DNA from: an uncultured Coriobacteriaceae bacterium
Lineage (GTDB): Bacteria > Actinomycetota > Coriobacteriia > Coriobacteriales > Atopobiaceae
Assembly (NCBI GenBank): GCA_964440675.1
Contig: CAYTTI010000001.1
Span: 1 to 24,584, forward strand
Length of the DNA stretch: 24,584 bases
Reading direction: 5' to 3'
In this document: positions 21,727-24,584 of the stretch, in pieces
Position numbering within the stretch: the first letter of the stretch is position 1
Layout: each line of letters begins with the position of its first letter
Notes under the pieces: generated by a model
Databases searched by the model: none
Told to the model about the DNA's origin: nothing
The model's input: the letters and a program-made list of their open reading frames with translations, nothing else
Program-made: the position numbers and the translations under genes

Positions 21727-22360
21727 CAAGGCAATGCATACCAATACCTTCGAGGGAACGGGTGAGCAGGCAAGGACATACAGCCAGGCAAGATCGGGCA
21801 ATTTCGCAAGAACAGGTGACCGAGCGAGAACGAGCAACCTAACAAGAACGGACGAGCGTGATATTGCCCATGTTATTTCTCGCGTGATGGAGGCCTTCGA
21901 TACTCAGTCGTACGACGCTACTCGCAAAATCATGCAAACGTGGTTTGAGATTAACGGGGATCGTGAACGCCGTCATACGAAAGGTGTTTTTCTGCTGGAG
22001 AAGGGCAATACAACGACACTCATTGTGTATGTAGACTCTCCAAGTATCGTGCAGGATTTCTTAATGAATAAACACTTATACCTCGGTCGCTTTAGTATGA
22101 CAGACTACTGTATTCACGATATTCAGTTTCGCCTCTCACGCTATGTAGACACCCAGAGCAATGCGATGTATGGAGATGATGGAGCAACATCTGCTGCGTG
22201 CTCATCAACAAAGGCTGCTGCACGTGAGCTGTCACAGGATGAGAAGCAGAGTATCTATGAAGCATGCTCGATTCTTCCTGAAAGCTTACGGGAAGTCGCA
22301 TATAACGCCTTAATAAGTATAAAAAGTGCTGGTCTTAATTTGGATACTCATAACAGTTAA
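21716..22360 (+). CDS. dciA: DciA/DUF721-like protein (helicase-loading operator) with an N-terminal hexapeptide repeat; start uncertain (21716, 21719 or 21734)
   Basis: Position between recF and gyrB; W..I.G...RHT...LIVYVDSPS..Q.F...K...L...IHDIQF pattern of the DciA KH-like domain. Recognised from memory, not by search. Confidence 0.7.
   Translation: MVSDKAMHTNTFEGTGEQARTYSQARSGNFARTGDRARTSNLTRTDERDIAHVISRVMEAFDTQSYDATRKIMQTWFEINGDRERRHTKGVFLLEKGNTTTLIVYVDSPSIVQDFLMNKHLYLGRFSMTDYCIHDIQFRLSRYVDTQSNAMYGDDGATSAACSSTKAAARELSQDEKQSIYEACSILPESLREVAYNALISIKSAGLNLDTHNS
21752..21859 (+). repeat. Six degenerate 18-bp coding repeats
   Basis: EGTGEQ ARTYSQ ARSGNF ARTGDR ARTSNL TRTDER; the DNA units begin gcaagg/gcaaga/gcgaga/acaaga. 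Confidence 0.8.
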
Positions 22361-22476
22361 ACAGAGCCTACAATTGCTCTGATGTGCTCTCAGACAACAA
22401 TATAGTTGATAGTGAGCGTTTATTTCATTCAAACGAACTTAATACGGCAAATTCCAGTACAATAAATAGGATAACC

Positions 22477-24525
22477 ATGTCTCGAAAGGCCTCGAAAGGT
22501 GTAAGTGTGGCGGATAAAAAGAAAAAACAAAAGAACAATCACGTCTATGGTGGGTCGGATATCAAAGTTCTTGAAGGTTTAGATGCGGTTCGTAAGCGTC
22601 CTGGTATGTACATCGGTTCTACCAGTTCGAGTGGCTTGCATCATCTCGTTTGGGAAGTGGTAGACAACTCGGTCGATGAGGCGATGGCCGGATTTTGTAC
22701 CTGTATTGAGGTAAGGATTCATCCTGATAACTCAGTAACGGTGGTTGATAACGGTCGAGGTATTCCCGTTGAGCGTCATCCTGTCAAAAAAATTCCCACG
22801 CTCGAAGTTGTCATGACTATTCTCCATGCGGGTGGTAAGTTCGATAATAATGCGTATAAGGTATCCGGTGGCTTGCACGGTGTCGGCGTTTCTGTAGTAA
22901 ATGCTCTGTCGAGCAAAGTAGTTGTCCAGGTTCGCCGCGACGGTGGACTTTATGAGATGGAGTTTAGCCGCGGTAAAACGGTGCGAAAACTTAAGAAACT
23001 GGAAACAATAAAGTCCCGTACTACCGGCACCACGGTTACCTTTTGGCCGGATGAAGAGATTTTTGAGACTACTGTTTTCGACTACGACATCTTAGCTACG
23101 CGCCTGCAGGAGACTGCCTTTCTCAACCGAAATCTAAAAGTGATGCTCACCGATGAGCGCGAGTTGATTCCCCGGACTGATGAATTTTGTTACTCTGGCG
23201 GCATTGTGGACTTTGTTAAGTTCTTAAATGAGGGGAAAGAAATCCCAGATGGGCTCAAGCGTCCCATTTATCTCACAGGCAAAAGCGCTCAGGATGCCAC
23301 ACCGGACACAACCGGTGAAGTTGAGGTTGCACTCCAGTGGAATACCGGCTTTTCCGAGAATGTGATGAGCTTTGCCAACGACATCTATACCTCGGAAGGT
23401 GGGATGCACTTAGAAGGTTTTCGCAGTGCGCTTACGAGCGTCATTAACGACTATGCGCGTCGTCAAAACATGCTCAAGGAAAAAGATCCAAATCTTACGG
23501 GTGATGATGTGCGCGAAGGCCTTGCGGCAGTTATCTCTGTCAAGCTTTCCGATCCGCAGTTTGAAGGGCAAACCAAGGCAAAACTGGGCAATTCTTTCAT
23601 GCGTACCTTAGTACGTAAAGTGGTATCGCTTCACCTGGCAGAATACCTCGAGGAACATCCCAAGGCTGCACGTGAGATTGTACGCAAAGCGCAACTTGCA
23701 TCCAAAGGGCGCTTAGCAGCACGTAAAGCTCGTGACGCCACCCGACGCAAGACGATGTTGGAAAGCGCAGCGCTTCCTGGAAAACTTGCAGATTGTTCGG
23801 TGCGCGATCCAGCGGTTGCAGAGCTCTTCATTGTTGAGGGTAACTCTGCAGGTGGCTCTGCAAAAGATGGGCGGCGGCGCGATATCCAAGCGATTTTGCC
23901 TCTACGCGGCAAAATATTGAATGTCGAGCGCGTAGGCGATCACCGTGCGTTTTCTTCGGATACTATACAGTCGCTCATTACTGCTATTGGCTGTGGAGTT
24001 ACTACCAGCTCTGGTGATGGTGGTGATTTCGATATCGAAAAAGCGCGCTACCACAAGATCATCATCATGACAGATGCCGATGTCGATGGTGCCCACATAC
24101 GCATCCTGCTGCTTACCTTCTTTTACAAATATATGCGTCCGCTCATCGATGCGGGCTATGTATACTCTGCGGTACCTCCCATTTTTGGCATCAAGGTTGG
24201 CAAGCGTATTCACTATGTATATCCGGATGGCAAAAGCCTCGAAGAGGTGCTTTTGCGCCGCGCAATTGCCGAGTACGTACCGGTAGATGCTCAAGGGAAA
24301 AAACGCAAATACAATGTGCAGCGCTATAAAGGCTTAGGAGAGATGGATCCGGTACAGCTGGCAGACACCACCATGGATCCAAAAACCCGTATCTTACAGC
24401 GCGTCACTATTGAAGATGCGGTCAAGGCAAATCGTGCGGTAACTGAGCTCATGGGTTCTCAGGTAGCGGCACGGCGTTCCTATATCGAACAGCATGCTAA
24501 AGATGCTCGATATCTTGACGTGTAA
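22477..24525 (+). CDS. gyrB: DNA gyrase subunit B (start ATG 22477 or GTG 22507)
   Basis: IKVLEGLDAVRKRPGMYIG, EVVDNSVDE, DNGRGIP, HAGGKF, GGLHGVG, FEGQTKAKL, GKLADC, EGNSAGGSAK, PLRGK, MTDADVDG, QRYKGLGEM; origin-proximal position after recF. Confidence 0.97.
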   Translation: MSRKASKGVSVADKKKKQKNNHVYGGSDIKVLEGLDAVRKRPGMYIGSTSSSGLHHLVWEVVDNSVDEAMAGFCTCIEVRIHPDNSVTVVDNGRGIPVERHPVKKIPTLEVVMTILHAGGKFDNNAYKVSGGLHGVGVSVVNALSSKVVVQVRRDGGLYEMEFSRGKTVRKLKKLETIKSRTTGTTVTFWPDEEIFETTVFDYDILATRLQETAFLNRNLKVMLTDERELIPRTDEFCYSGGIVDFVKFLNEGKEIPDGLKRPIYLTGKSAQDATPDTTGEVEVALQWNTGFSENVMSFANDIYTSEGGMHLEGFRSALTSVINDYARRQNMLKEKDPNLTGDDVREGLAAVISVKLSDPQFEGQTKAKLGNSFMRTLVRKVVSLHLAEYLEEHPKAAREIVRKAQLASKGRLAARKARDATRRKTMLESAALPGKLADCSVRDPAVAELFIVEGNSAGGSAKDGRRRDIQAILPLRGKILNVERVGDHRAFSSDTIQSLITAIGCGVTTSSGDGGDFDIEKARYHKIIIMTDADVDGAHIRILLLTFFYKYMRPLIDAGYVYSAVPPIFGIKVGKRIHYVYPDGKSLEEVLLRRAIAEYVPVDAQGKKRKYNVQRYKGLGEMDPVQLADTTMDPKTRILQRVTIEDAVKANRAVTELMGSQVAARRSYIEQHAKDARYLDV

Positions 24526-24534
24526 TGCTGCCCA

Positions 24535-24562
24535 GCTCAGGCTCAGTGCTTTGAGCTTGAGC
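24535..24562 (+). terminator. Hairpin immediately after gyrB (11-bp stem with one G:U pair); lacks a U-tract
   Basis: gctcaggctca-gtgctt-tgagcttgagc. Confidence 0.35.
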
Positions 24563-24584
24563 GAACGACCTTTGAGTGTTAGCT

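Noticed and set aside
263-24382. The many 60-140 aa overlapping or antisense ORFs in the track (e.g. 8037-8465, 19697-20113, 23902-24294)
   Set aside because: They lie within well-supported genes, have no recognisable motifs or RBS, and are expected shadow ORFs.
22477-24525. Topoisomerase IV parE
   Set aside because: The origin-proximal dnaN-recF-dciA context and GyrB-type motifs favour gyrB.
1-24584. tRNA, rRNA, tmRNA, riboswitch, IS or toxin-antitoxin elements
   Set aside because: All intergenic gaps were read and none showed a cloverleaf, known RNA motif, terminal inverted repeats or transposase. An Infernal/Rfam scan was not run.

Overview
This window is the chromosomal replication-origin region of a bacterium, most likely a Coriobacteriia (Actinomycetota) member. 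That placement is an inference from protein features such as the VaFE/TQ adhesin, a Jag lacking Jag_N and the RSHATV DnaA helix; no search was run. Left to right it holds a thioester/TQ-ester adhesin with its class B sortase (+), then an M28-like membrane protein, an exonuclease-DinG helicase and ddl (-), rlmN (+), and the block small membrane protein-parB-parA-rsmG-jag-yidC-yidD-rnpA-rpmH (-). An uncharacterised GHKL-ATPase/winged-helix gene follows (+), then dnaA-oriC-dnaN-recF-dciA-gyrB (+). rpmH is missing from the ORF track and was translated by hand. Two parS sites and a B. subtilis-like oriC unwinding module (tandem boxes, DnaA-trios, AT-rich tract) are visible. I found no rRNA, tRNA, CRISPR array or mobile element. 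Most of the window is housekeeping. The best candidate for an undescribed system is the origin itself: a GHKL-wHTH gene sits between rpmH and dnaA, flanked by operator-like repeats, and the DnaA recognition helix is altered while the boxes read TTWTC(A/G/T)ACA rather than TTWTCCACA. Other notable items are a Pho-box-like 11-bp array upstream of rsmG-parAB, a parB-coupled membrane microprotein, an M28 pseudo-peptidase split by a ~440-aa disordered insert, GyrB EGNSA (the D426N quinolone-resistance equivalent), and recurrent tandem duplications at gene ends that differ almost only by transitions.
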